DNA of 64,000 nt, taken from positions 10,286 to 74,285 of the forward strand of contig DBQF01000001.1 of the NCBI GenBank assembly GCA_002305115.1. The letters run 5' to 3'. The notes under the pieces are model-generated. The model had not been told where the DNA came from, searched no databases, and saw only the letters and a program-made list of their open reading frames with translations. Made by a program: the position numbers and the translations under genes. Positions within the stretch are counted from its first letter, which is position 1. Each line of letters starts with the position of its first letter. This DNA is from a candidate division WWE3 bacterium UBA1401 (GTDB taxonomy: Bacteria; Patescibacteriota; WWE3; UBA101185; UBA10185). Positions 15,305 to 24,305 of the stretch are shown here, one piece after another.

Positions 15305-17069
15305 AGGCTTCTTGAGGAATATCCACACTGCCAAGCCTCTTCATACGTTTCTTACCTTCTTTCTGGATTTCCAGCAACTTGTCTTTGCGTTCTCTGTGCC
15401 CGCCAGACATCTTTGCTAACACATTCTTACGCATCGCAGGAATATCTTCTCTGGCCAAAATCTTACCGCCAATAGCAGCTTGCAAAGATACTCTAAACTG
15501 TTGTCTTGGCAGAATATCTTTTAGTTTATGAATAAGTTCTTTACCAATTTCCTCTGCACTATCCTTAAGTACAATTTTAGAAAGCGGTTCAACAGCAGAA
15601 CCGTGCACCAAAATATCAAGCTTAACAGCTTTAACCGGGCGATAATCTAGGAATTCATAATCAAGGCTGGCATAACCGGAAGAAACAGTTTTCAAATCGT
15701 CAAAAAAGTTAAAAACCAGTTCACTTAATGGTAATTCATACTCAAACACCACGCGCTGTTCAGAAGGGTAGTCCATTTTGCGCAGCACTCCCCGCCTTTT
15801 TTCGCATAGAGTTATTACCCCGCCAACATATTCTGCAGGGGAAACAATGGTAAGTAAAATCCACGGCTCTTGTATTTCTTGAATGCGCGTGATTTCAGGC
15901 AGTTCTGCAGGGCGTTTTACAAACACTTCTTCGTTAGAAGTAGTAAGAACTTTGTATTCCACCATCGGTGTTGTGGAAATTAACGCAAGGTTGTATTCCC
16001 GCTCTAGTCTTTCTTGCACAATATCTGCATGCAAAAGCCCTAAAAAGCCGCACCTAAAACCAAAACCAAGGGCACTACTTGACTCGGGTTCAAAAGAAAA
16101 AGAAGCATCAGACAAAGAAAGTTTTTCCAAAGCATCTCTTAGCTGTGGAAACTTATCATTATCAATAGGAAAAATAGACACAAACACAAACGGTTTTACC
16201 GCTTTGTAACCAGGCAGAGGCTCTGCTGACTGCTCAGCAGCAATTGTGTCACCTACATGCACAGCTTTAATATCTTTCAGACCTGTGGCAATATAACCAA
16301 CCTCTCCGGCAACTAGTTTTTCTACTCTTTTCCTAGCAGGCGTATAAATGCCAACTTCCTGAAAATCTGAAGCCTTGCCAGCCGCCAAAAAGTGTACAGT
16401 GTGATTAAAAGCGCTAAATTCCCCATCCACCACTCTAATAGACGCAACCACACCTAAATACTCATCATAAAAAGTATCGAAAATTAGAGCGCGCGCAACA
16501 CCTGCTGTGTTACCACTTGGGTCTGGAACTTTCGCCACAATAGCTTCTAAGAGCTGTGCTACTCCTTCACCAGTTTTGGCAGAAACTTTTAAAATTTCGT
16601 CATTCTTAAAACCAAAAGTGTCACATAAGTCTTTAGCAATCCTATCCGCTTCGTTTTGCTTAACATCAATTTTGTTTAAAACCGGAAGTATCTTTAGACC
16701 CGCATCAATAGCTTTATATACATTAGAAACTGTTTGAGCTTGAATACCTTGAGTGGCATCTACAACCAATACAGCGCCCTCACACGCGGCAAGGGAACGC
16801 GATACTTCGTAAGAAAAATCTACATGGCCAGGAGTATCTATTAAGTTCAGTTGGTAAGTTTGACCGTTAGTTTCGTAAGCCATGCGGACAGACTTAAGCT
16901 TGATGGTAATACCTTTTTCCCGTTCAAGATCCATAGAATCTAAGGTCTGTTCTTTCAAGACCCTTTTTTCCACAGTACCCGTTAATTCCAGAAATCTATC
17001 TGCTAACGTGGATTTACCGTGATCTATATGCGCAATAATGCAAAAATTCCTAATGTGCTGCTGATTCAT
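15282..17069 (-). CDS. lepA: translation elongation factor 4 (LepA)
   Basis: NFCIIAHIDHGKSTLADR and DTPGHVDF GTPase motifs with a LepA-specific C-terminus. 595 aa. Confidence 0.95.
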   Translation of the reverse strand: MNQQHIRNFCIIAHIDHGKSTLADRFLELTGTVEKRVLKEQTLDSMDLEREKGITIKLKSVRMAYETNGQTYQLNLIDTPGHVDFSYEVSRSLAACEGAVLVVDATQGIQAQTVSNVYKAIDAGLKILPVLNKIDVKQNEADRIAKDLCDTFGFKNDEILKVSAKTGEGVAQLLEAIVAKVPDPSGNTAGVARALIFDTFYDEYLGVVASIRVVDGEFSAFNHTVHFLAAGKASDFQEVGIYTPARKRVEKLVAGEVGYIATGLKDIKAVHVGDTIAAEQSAEPLPGYKAVKPFVFVSIFPIDNDKFPQLRDALEKLSLSDASFSFEPESSSALGFGFRCGFLGLLHADIVQERLEREYNLALISTTPMVEYKVLTTSNEEVFVKRPAELPEITRIQEIQEPWILLTIVSPAEYVGGVITLCEKRRGVLRKMDYPSEQRVVFEYELPLSELVFNFFDDLKTVSSGYASLDYEFLDYRPVKAVKLDILVHGSAVEPLSKIVLKDSAEEIGKELIHKLKDILPRQQFRVSLQAAIGGKILAREDIPAMRKNVLAKMSGGHRERKDKLLEIQKEGKKRMKRLGSVDIPQEAFRQILKT

Positions 17070-17112
17070 GACAAAGGGATTGTAGCAGAATTTGGGAAAA
17101 GTTTTTTAGGAG

Positions 17113-17727
17113 CTAGTACAGCAAGCGTTGCGTCTCGGCTATAATAGCTGTCTGTACCTTTGCCCAATCAGTTGCAGTTAAATAGTCTGGCTCTGGGTCT
17201 GCCTGCGCATCATCAAAATAAACCAAAGATTTTAAGATACTTGACCTCTGATACGAAACGCCCGCAAACTTTTTTTCAAAAGCGCTTAAGATACTCTCAA
17301 GGGGATACTTCTTTAGAACATAGTACAAATCAACAAAATCCTTCTTAGTACCCCTAGAGGAAATTGCAGACAGTTTCATACATGCGATATCCAGCACAGA
17401 CGCAAGCTTAACATTATTAAACATAACCGGTTCATTCAGCAAAACGTATTTGTACTGCAAGAAACTTACTTTTACATCTGCAATATATGTATCGAGTGTA
17501 CCGGCAGCTTCCTGGATTATTTTGGGACCAAATGGCGCAAGTTCTTGCAATAGCAGTTCCCTTTTTGGAAAATCTACTGCAAAAAAATCCAGATCTATTG
17601 ATTTTCTATGCCCCACCTGTAAAGCAAGCGCAGTACCTCCGGCCAGATAAAAGGCATCTAGAACAGCAGCAGAGGCTAAACTCTCTAAAACCTGTTTTGT
17701 CTTTGGGTAAAGGGCTTCCGGATACAC
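17113..17727 (-). CDS. nucleotidyltransferase AbiEii/AbiGii-like toxin family protein
   Basis: The N-terminus ...FYLAGGTALALQVGHRKSIDLDFF is the characteristic motif of this nucleotidyltransferase family. GTG start overlaps the upstream small gene by 43 nt. Confidence 0.7.
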   Translation of the reverse strand: MYPEALYPKTKQVLESLASAAVLDAFYLAGGTALALQVGHRKSIDLDFFAVDFPKRELLLQELAPFGPKIIQEAAGTLDTYIADVKVSFLQYKYVLLNEPVMFNNVKLASVLDIACMKLSAISSRGTKKDFVDLYYVLKKYPLESILSAFEKKFAGVSYQRSSILKSLVYFDDAQADPEPDYLTATDWAKVQTAIIAETQRLLY

Positions 17728-17978
17728 AAAAGTTCTTCCTTAGGAACTTGATAATAAAGGGCAAAAAAGTTACCGGTTTTAGCAGATAGGCGCTTGGAAC
17801 ACTTTAACACATCTAATATTACTTCCTTAGGATATGTGGCATCTACCCATTTAATCGCATCCATATCACCAAATTCAAGAACGCGCTCAATAATAAAAGC
17901 TGAGTGCTGGGTTTGATCTAGCGAATTTAAGTCTGTGTCCCACAGATATTTTGTTATGTAGTCAGGCAGACTAGTCAT
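17685..17978 (-). CDS. small hypothetical protein, candidate cognate antitoxin/partner of the AbiEii-like gene
   Basis: 97 aa, directly upstream of and overlapping the toxin-like gene. I saw no HTH by eye. The assignment rests on position only. Confidence 0.4.
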   Translation of the reverse strand: MTSLPDYITKYLWDTDLNSLDQTQHSAFIIERVLEFGDMDAIKWVDATYPKEVILDVLKCSKRLSAKTGNFFALYYQVPKEELLCIRKPFTQRQNRF

Positions 17979-17983
17979 AAAGT

Positions 17984-18949
17984 TTAAACTGCTTCCCTAA
18001 CCACATATGTCCTGCGGCCAGAAGATTCAAAGTAAGTGCGAGCCATTAGTTCACCGATTAACCCAATCATCAAAGACTGCAAACCTACAATAACCATTAC
18101 TATTGATAAGCTCAACAAGGGTCTATTACCAATGCTTTCTCCCATAAGTTTTAGTAATAACAAATAAAGGGCTAGAATGCCGCCAATACCGGAAATAACA
18201 GCGCCCGTAAAACCAAACAACCTCCCCGGCATCGTATAGAAAGGCTTTCTAGCAAAGTACAACATAAATCCTAGCGTTAAAATATCCAATAATACCTTTA
18301 TTGTACGTTTATTCCCTTTGTAAGCAGACTCACCAAAATCTCTGTCTTTAAATTCAACTTCAAATTCCACCATCTTAGCCCGGTACATAGAAACATAGTC
18401 AGGAATAAATCTATGCATTTCACCATAAAGCCTAAGATTATCAATAATCGTACGAGTAAAGCCCTTCATACCAGAACCTCTATCTAGCATATGTACCCCA
18501 GATACTTTAGCAATAATCTTATTGGCCATACCGCTCTTTACAGCTCTGGAACTATCTTCACCATTCCATCTGCCAACTCTATGTGTGTTTACAAAATCAT
18601 AGCCATCACCCAAATACTCAAGTACTTTTACTACATTCTCCAAAGGAATTTCTAGATCTGCACTTACGGTAATAACATAATCCCCTGTAGTAGCATCAAA
18701 CCCCGCCATATAAGCAGCACTTTGGCCAAAATTCCCCATAAGATTTATACCTTTAACTCTTTGATCTTTTTGCGCCATCTGTGAAATTACCTTCCAAGTA
18801 TCATCTTTACTACCATCGTTAACGGCAATAATTTCCATGCGCAGCTTGTTAGCCTCTGCAATGGCCAATAGTCCATCAATAGTTCTATCAATGTTTTTTT
18901 CCTCGTTATAACAAGGAATAACTATGGAAATAAGTTTATCTTCCGGCAT
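17984..18949 (-). CDS. family 2 glycosyltransferase (polyprenol-phosphate glycosyltransferase, GtrB/ArnC-like) with C-terminal TM helices
   Basis: The sequence ISIVIPCYNEE...VNDGSKD...VSADLE is a GT-A signature, and two C-terminal TM helices are present. Confidence 0.85.
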   Translation of the reverse strand: MPEDKLISIVIPCYNEEKNIDRTIDGLLAIAEANKLRMEIIAVNDGSKDDTWKVISQMAQKDQRVKGINLMGNFGQSAAYMAGFDATTGDYVITVSADLEIPLENVVKVLEYLGDGYDFVNTHRVGRWNGEDSSRAVKSGMANKIIAKVSGVHMLDRGSGMKGFTRTIIDNLRLYGEMHRFIPDYVSMYRAKMVEFEVEFKDRDFGESAYKGNKRTIKVLLDILTLGFMLYFARKPFYTMPGRLFGFTGAVISGIGGILALYLLLLKLMGESIGNRPLLSLSIVMVIVGLQSLMIGLIGELMARTYFESSGRRTYVVREAV

Positions 18950-19883
18950 AGAATTTCTCCTTAAACCAGGCTACTTCCTTAGCCAAGCCCTCCTCAGGTA
19001 ATATTTTCGGGTCATAATTAAGCAAACTGCGTGCCTTGGCAATGTTGGCATGCGTTTTTAGTTGGTCGCCAGGGCGCTTGGGTTGCTTATCAATAATAGC
19101 TTTTTTACCCATAAGTCGCTCTACAATTGCGATGCCTTCTCCTGTAGTTATCGCAGTATCACAACCAATGTTAAATACCTCACCTAGACACTTTTCATAG
19201 TTATCAAACGCAGCAACAAAACCATCGATAATATCGCCTACATAGGTATAACTTCTTAAGTGCTGCTCACTGCCTTCGTACAATGGGAAAGGTTTGTCTT
19301 CAAACATGCTTCGAATGAGCTTAGGATAAAGTTTTTCCGGGCGCTCTCTTTCTCCATATACTGAAAATAATCTCAAGGAACTTACCGGTACACCTTTGTC
19401 TCGATAATAAGAGAGGGCTAATTGCTCGGCAGCGAGCTTAGTTACACCATAATAGGAAGTTGGCTGTGGCGGTTCGGTTTCGGGGCAAGTGGCATCTGCG
19501 CCATAAACCGAAGAAGTGGCAATGTTAAAAAAACACTTTAAGGTGGCACTGGGTTTAGATGCTTCTAGTAAGTTGTATGTCGCTATAAAATTATTTGTAA
19601 GATATACATCAAACGGAGTTTGAGCAGAAATACCGGGTTGCGCAGCCAAGTGGAAAATAAAGTCTGCATCGGACACAACTGCAGACAAGTTATCTCTGCT
19701 AAGGTCTAGCTCCAGCAGCTCAACACCTTTAGCCTTGATATCTTTAGCATTAAGCTCTTTAAGAGTTCTATCGTAGTATGGCGTAAAACAGTCAATTCCA
19801 ACAACCTGATGATCTAGAGAAACGAGTCTTTCGGCTAAATGGGAACCTATAAATCCGGCAGCGCCGGTGACAATTATTTTCAT
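18936..19883 (-). CDS. NAD-dependent sugar-nucleotide epimerase/dehydratase (SDR family)
   Basis: The Rossmann motif is TGAAGFIGSH and the catalytic motif is YGVTK (YxxxK). It overlaps the GT2 gene by 14 nt. Confidence 0.85.
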   Translation of the reverse strand: MKIIVTGAAGFIGSHLAERLVSLDHQVVGIDCFTPYYDRTLKELNAKDIKAKGVELLELDLSRDNLSAVVSDADFIFHLAAQPGISAQTPFDVYLTNNFIATYNLLEASKPSATLKCFFNIATSSVYGADATCPETEPPQPTSYYGVTKLAAEQLALSYYRDKGVPVSSLRLFSVYGERERPEKLYPKLIRSMFEDKPFPLYEGSEQHLRSYTYVGDIIDGFVAAFDNYEKCLGEVFNIGCDTAITTGEGIAIVERLMGKKAIIDKQPKRPGDQLKTHANIAKARSLLNYDPKILPEEGLAKEVAWFKEKFYAGR

Positions 19884-19912
19884 AATAAGGAAATTATACT
19901 ATAGATTGACTA

Positions 19913-19935
19913 TTAACGATTAACAATTAACTTAA
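19913..19935. repeat. Period-7 TTAAC array (ttaacga ttaacaa ttaactt)
   Basis: TAA falls at 19914, 19921 and 19928. Because TTAA is palindromic, stops are present on both strands. Confidence 0.7.
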
Positions 19936-20034
19936 GACCTTACTATGTCCATTGCACTATCAATGGGCAGATGACAACTAAAGCACCTCGCCTCCAAACG
20001 GAAACTAAAAATGTAATTCTAAACGTTTCAAACC

Positions 20035-20430
20035 TGTCATCCTGAACGAAGTGAAGGATCTGTTCTAGGAGAGACTCATATCTCGCCACAAAGGATTAAA
20101 ACACTCAATTAAGTCTACTTTCCTATATCGTTTCCACCCCTTCAGCTGCTTCTCCCTCTCCAATGCTTGTGCTATGTCAGCATATTCCTCCATATACACC
20201 AATTTGCGACATCTGTACTTTTTCGTAAAACCAGCCACTTTGCCTTCTTTATGTTCGAAAACTCTTCTTTCCAGGTTATTTGTAACTCCAATGTATATAA
20301 CTTTGGTAAAACTGGCCACTATATAAATATAATAGGACATAATCAAGGATAGGAATCCGATATTAAAGAGTCACTAAATGCTGTACTTATCCCAGATCCT
20401 TCGCTACGCGAAGGCTTCGCTCAGGATGAC
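20035..20430 (-). mobile_element. GIY-YIG gene flanked by inverted repeats (candidate small selfish element)
   Basis: The left arm GTCATCCTGAACGAAGTGAAGGATCTG (20035-20061) matches the reverse complement of 20393-20430 (GTCATCCTGAGCGAAG...GCGAAGGATCTG), which has a 12-nt internal hairpin insertion. Confidence 0.45.
20065..20346 (-). CDS. GIY-YIG nuclease family protein (UPF0213/YhbQ-like)
   Basis: The sequence YYIYIVASFTKVIYIGVTNNLERRVFEHK...EREKQLKGWKR matches the GIY-YIG core. The start is probably the third codon (MSYY). Confidence 0.85.
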   Translation of the reverse strand: MIMSYYIYIVASFTKVIYIGVTNNLERRVFEHKEGKVAGFTKKYRCRKLVYMEEYADIAQALEREKQLKGWKRYRKVDLIECFNPLWRDMSLS

Positions 20431-20463
20431 CCGCCCTACGGCGGGCAAACATATAAAGTGCAT

Positions 20464-20484
20464 GTTAGTTGTTAGTAGTAGTTA
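20464..20484 (-). repeat. Degenerate GTTAGTA heptamer array abutting the tsaB stop
   Basis: The sequence is gttagtt gttagta gtagtta. The last unit contains the tsaB stop codon (TAA on the minus strand). Confidence 0.65.
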
Positions 20485-20796
20485 CCTCTTCTTCCTCTCC
20501 GAAATATTCGGGGCTCTACCATACTCCGGTTCAATAACAGGGCAGTTCTTCTCAAGTGCCCAATTCAACACATTAGCTATCGTCACCCCAACCTTAATTC
20601 CAGTAAAAGACCCCGGCCCCGCGTTAGCCTCCAGACACTCAATATCCCCCAAAACCAACCTATGCTCTTCCAATAAATCCTTAATAACAGAAACTATATC
20701 TATATCACCAGCTTTGGCGTCTATTAGCTGATCATCTTTCAGCAAACTAACACTTTTATTAAATCTATCTGTAGCATCAATTACTATCTTGTACAT
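20482..20796 (-). CDS. tsaB: TsaB-like protein (shortened t6A-biosynthesis partner of TsaD)
   Basis: The ASKHA N-domain motif GPGSFTGIKVGVTIAN is present, and the gene lies next to tsaE. I chose the internal start at 20796, which is preceded by AGGAGG. About 104 aa. Confidence 0.6.
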   Translation of the reverse strand: MYKIVIDATDRFNKSVSLLKDDQLIDAKAGDIDIVSVIKDLLEEHRLVLGDIECLEANAGPGSFTGIKVGVTIANVLNWALEKNCPVIEPEYGRAPNISERKKR

Positions 20797-21238
20797 ATAT
20801 CCTCCTGGAGCACTCATCAACATATTCAAAACTAAGCCTAAGCGTAGATTCCGGCAAGTATTCCTCCAGCAATTCAGGCCACTCTATTACAGTAATACAA
20901 CCTTGCTCGGTAAAAACTTCGGTGAGTCCTAAATCACTTAATTCTTCTTTAGAAACTAATCTGTATAAATCCAAATGATTAACACACTTAATCGCCCCAT
21001 TACCACCCATATACTTCCTTAATAGTACAAACGTGGGGCTCTGCACTCGGCAACCAAACCCTAAAGCTTCCACTAAATACCGCACGAATGTTGTTTTCCC
21101 AGAACCCAGATCGCCATACAAGGCCAGCACATCGCCAGACTTTAACTTCTTAGCTAGTTCAAAAGCCAAATCTTTAGTTTCGTTGGTAGACTTTGTAAGT
21201 ACTTCCACAAAATCAAAACGGAAAGCAGGATTCCGCAA
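20777..21238 (-). CDS. tsaE: tRNA t6A37 biosynthesis ATPase TsaE
   Basis: P-loop LYGDLGSGKTTFVR plus SPTFVL. The track start is TTG; an in-frame GTG at 21208 is an equally plausible start. Confidence 0.85.
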   Translation of the reverse strand: MRNPAFRFDFVEVLTKSTNETKDLAFELAKKLKSGDVLALYGDLGSGKTTFVRYLVEALGFGCRVQSPTFVLLRKYMGGNGAIKCVNHLDLYRLVSKEELSDLGLTEVFTEQGCITVIEWPELLEEYLPESTLRLSFEYVDECSRRIYVQDSN

Positions 21239-21525
21239 CTATTTACACCTGCATCAAATAACCCGGAAGTTCTTCCAGGCACAAACCGTTGATACCATTC
21301 ATTAAGTAACCCATAACTAATACCAATTATTAATGTCTTGCCTAAACTCTTAGTGGCCTTATATAAAGCAAATCCAAGTACTATGAATACCAAGAAGTGA
21401 CCGTTAATATGGTAAGACTCTTTGCCAAGCCCCACTGCCTGAACAGTATCCCCAGGAATAGAGGCCAACCAAAACATAAATAGCATAACTAAAATAGCGG
21501 GCAGCCAGTTTTTCAGCTTAATCAT
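21154..21525 (-). CDS. VanZ-like membrane protein
   Basis: 123 aa with 4 TM helices and an NEWYQRFVPGR motif typical of the VanZ family. It overlaps the tsaE 5' region. Confidence 0.65.
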   Translation of the reverse strand: MIKLKNWLPAILVMLFMFWLASIPGDTVQAVGLGKESYHINGHFLVFIVLGFALYKATKSLGKTLIIGISYGLLNEWYQRFVPGRTSGLFDAGVNSCGILLSVLILWKYLQSLPTKLKIWLLN

Positions 21526-22133
21526 TGCTGTATTTTAGCATTGTCTTTAAACCGAAAGTATAGAAAGCTTGCTACAGATGTGGCTACAAAGGCACCTAAC
21601 CCTAACCATAAATAATCTCTAGCTACGTTCGGAGAAGGCAAGGGGTAAGAAATTGCCTGCTCATCCGCTGTGGATATGGTTACCTCTTCGTCTGTAGTAG
21701 CACCTGTAGTAATTCCCGCATTTAGCCGAGTAAAATAGTCGTGCTTGTAGGCAAATGGCCAGATATCCCGTTTGGGAGTTTCATACATAAACCCATTAGT
21801 ATCCAGCAGCTGAAAGTATAGCTGGGTTTTTTCTGTAACATTAGCTAGCTTTACTCTAGTATTTTCTGTAAGTGTAGGCAGCTTATTCCAGTTAGAGAAA
21901 CCATAAATCCAACTGTTAGTGGCATAATCCCAGATATAAATTTCCCCCACAGCTACTTTAGGTCTAACACGAAATTCTTCGGGGGCGTAATCTTTAAGAT
22001 TGTAGTTTAGCTTTACTTCGATAATGCCTTCAGAGGAGGCTAAGTTATTATCAACAGTGAAATCAAAATAAGTTTGAGCCCATACTTTGGGAATAAAGCA
22101 CAGCAACAAAAACAGAGGTAGTAGCTTTTGCAT
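21522..22133 (-). CDS. hypothetical secreted protein with a C-terminal TM anchor
   Basis: Signal peptide MQKLLPLFLLLCFIPKVWAQ and a C-terminal hydrophobic helix followed by a basic tail. Confidence 0.5.
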   Translation of the reverse strand: MQKLLPLFLLLCFIPKVWAQTYFDFTVDNNLASSEGIIEVKLNYNLKDYAPEEFRVRPKVAVGEIYIWDYATNSWIYGFSNWNKLPTLTENTRVKLANVTEKTQLYFQLLDTNGFMYETPKRDIWPFAYKHDYFTRLNAGITTGATTDEEVTISTADEQAISYPLPSPNVARDYLWLGLGAFVATSVASFLYFRFKDNAKIQQ

Positions 22134-22135
22134 AC

Positions 22136-22199
22136 AAACTAATGTACATTAGTTTATTGGAAGTTTCAAGCCGGTATATTCTAGTTAAACTAGAATATA
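22136..22199. promoter_or_regulatory. Two perfect AT-rich palindromes in the 66-nt spacer (20-mer AAACTAATGTACATTAGTTT; 12-1-12 TATATTCTAGTT-a-AACTAGAATATA)
   Basis: Read directly from the sequence. The first (22136-22155) ends 2 nt before the ATG of 21522..22133 and contains TGTACATT. The second (22175-22199) directly follows the M23 gene stop. Confidence 0.6.
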
Positions 22200-23411
22200 T
22201 TATTGCACATGCAAATAATAGCTGATAAGTCCATCACCATGGTCAATAGCGGCATACTTTATAACCGAGCCTCCACAGCCCATGTTACCCTGTACCAGAA
22301 TACCTTCAGCAGGAGCCCTAATAGTTATATCAGTGGAAACCATATCAATACCTGCGTGAACACCCCCAGCATACCACCAAGACCAAGGGGTTTGCCCAAA
22401 CCGCTGAGTTATTTGCATATTCTTCATGGGCCAATCCCAATCACCTGTACCTATGGTCTTTGTTCCGGAAGAATAATCACTAACATAAAGGCTCTTTGGC
22501 TTAAGGTAATTCTCAGCATTCACTACCACACCATTTTTTCGTACCTCAAAGTGTAAATGGGCTCCAGTGGAACAATCTGGAGCACCCGTATTGCCCATTA
22601 ATGCAATGGGGTCACCTTTTTCCACCCAATCACCATCCTCAAACGTAATGGTTCTTACAATATTTTCTATAGCGTCAAGCTCCGCCCGGGCTCTGCGAAG
22701 TAATTCCTGATACTTTACTTCATTATTCTGGGTTTCACTAAGCAAATGCTCTTTTTCTATCTTGCGTTTATCAAGTTCGGCTTTATAAGTCTCTAAATTC
22801 GCCTTCTCCTGCTCTAGCCTTTGTTTCAAGCTTTCTTCTTTCTTTTTTGCTTCTTCAAATAGCTCACGCTGTCTGTTATAAGCGTTTTTAGTGACTTTCA
22901 TTTCACTAATTAGTTTACTGTCACGTTCTTGCAAGATTCTGGAATAGGTGTTTTTCTTTAGTTTGGTATTTAAGTCATCCGGACTTATTAAAAATAAGAG
23001 AAGTTCCACATCAGGCGGGGTACTCTCTTCCACTTTGTAATAAATTCGTTTTCGCTTGCCTAAAACTTCTTCCTGAACATCAATAGAATTCTCCAGCTTT
23101 ATAATGCGATCTTCCAAACTTACAATATCCTGAGCAAGCTCTTCTATTTCTTTTGTAGTTGCGGCAATAGCATAAATCGCATTCTGTACCTTATATTCGG
23201 TAAGTGTTACCTGGCTATCAAGGGAGTTGATTTCTTTTTGCAAAGAAGACTCCTCATCACGCAGGTTATCGATTTTTTCTTCCAGCTCTTCAATTTTTTC
23301 CCTTAATTCTTCTGCTCGTTTGTCATCTTCCGTTGTGGCAAATGCGCCAATGTCAAAGACACAAAAGAACAATGCTGTAAATAGAACAAAAAGGGCCAGT
23401 TTTAATCTCAT
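22200..23411 (-). CDS. M23 family peptidoglycan endopeptidase with an N-terminal coiled coil (EnvC/PcsB-like FtsEX partner)
   Basis: Signal peptide and a long coiled coil, with C-terminal M23 motifs GAHLHFEV and [12 protein letters not shown]. Located directly downstream of ftsE-ftsX. Confidence 0.85.
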   Translation of the reverse strand: MRLKLALFVLFTALFFCVFDIGAFATTEDDKRAEELREKIEELEEKIDNLRDEESSLQKEINSLDSQVTLTEYKVQNAIYAIAATTKEIEELAQDIVSLEDRIIKLENSIDVQEEVLGKRKRIYYKVEESTPPDVELLLFLISPDDLNTKLKKNTYSRILQERDSKLISEMKVTKNAYNRQRELFEEAKKKEESLKQRLEQEKANLETYKAELDKRKIEKEHLLSETQNNEVKYQELLRRARAELDAIENIVRTITFEDGDWVEKGDPIALMGNTGAPDCSTGAHLHFEVRKNGVVVNAENYLKPKSLYVSDYSSGTKTIGTGDWDWPMKNMQITQRFGQTPWSWWYAGGVHAGIDMVSTDITIRAPAEGILVQGNMGCGGSVIKYAAIDHGDGLISYYLHVQ

Positions 23412-23414
23412 GAT

Positions 23415-24305
23415 TTAGTACTTTAAATATTTTCTAACCGCAGTGGCACTGCCAAGGTATCCTAGAACAATCCCGGAAACTATGATTAGCACACTTATTA
23501 CTGCTGAAAACAGGCTAAAGGGTATTGCAGTATTTGGTAAAAACGGCACTAATAGGCCATTACCAAAAAGACCCGACCCGGATAAAACTATACCTAAACT
23601 TACTAGAACAACTGAAGCAAGCACACCGGAAATAACTCCATAAAACAGTGCCTGTAAGATAATGGGTGTCTTGATATAAGCGTCAGAAGCACCAACTAAG
23701 CGCTGAATTTCAAGTTCAGTACCCTTAGATGTTATGGTTGTTCGCAGTGTGGCTAAAACTACAGAATAGGAAATAATCAGAAACATAACAACTAGGGCAA
23801 TGCCAATTATGTAAGCAACCGTGCTAACGGACTTAAATTTTTCCACCACATCTTCAAAAAACTTTACATCTTCAACCCCATCAACTGCAGCAAGCTCGGA
23901 AGCAAGAGTAGCTAAGTCATCAACATCTTTAGTCTTTATTTCCAAACTAGCCGGCAAGATATCAGCTGAAATAGATTCTATTAAAACAGGTTCATCTTTA
24001 TTAAGCTCCGTAAAGAGTTTAAATGCGGCCTCTTTGGAAATATAGTCTATCTGCAACACCCGCTCATCTTGTTCTAAACCCTCCTTCACGTTTAATATGT
24101 TTTCTTCTGTAAAATCATCTTTGAAAAAGGCAGTAACCTGAGCTTGGTTTTCCAGATACTTAAGCGTAGATTGAGAAACAAAGACAATACTCAAAAAAAC
24201 ACCCAACAACAGAAAACTTACTGTAATAACAATTATATTCGTAACAGCTAATAGCTTTTCTCTTTTTAAGTTTGCCCAGAAATTTTTTATAGCATTATTC
24301 GTCAT
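23415..24305 (-). CDS. ftsX: cell division permease-like protein FtsX
   Basis: 4-TM topology with a large first extracellular loop. It follows ftsE. I chose the ATG at 24305 (MTNNAIKNFW). Confidence 0.85.
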   Translation of the reverse strand: MTNNAIKNFWANLKREKLLAVTNIIVITVSFLLLGVFLSIVFVSQSTLKYLENQAQVTAFFKDDFTEENILNVKEGLEQDERVLQIDYISKEAAFKLFTELNKDEPVLIESISADILPASLEIKTKDVDDLATLASELAAVDGVEDVKFFEDVVEKFKSVSTVAYIIGIALVVMFLIISYSVVLATLRTTITSKGTELEIQRLVGASDAYIKTPIILQALFYGVISGVLASVVLVSLGIVLSGSGLFGNGLLVPFLPNTAIPFSLFSAVISVLIIVSGIVLGYLGSATAVRKYLKY

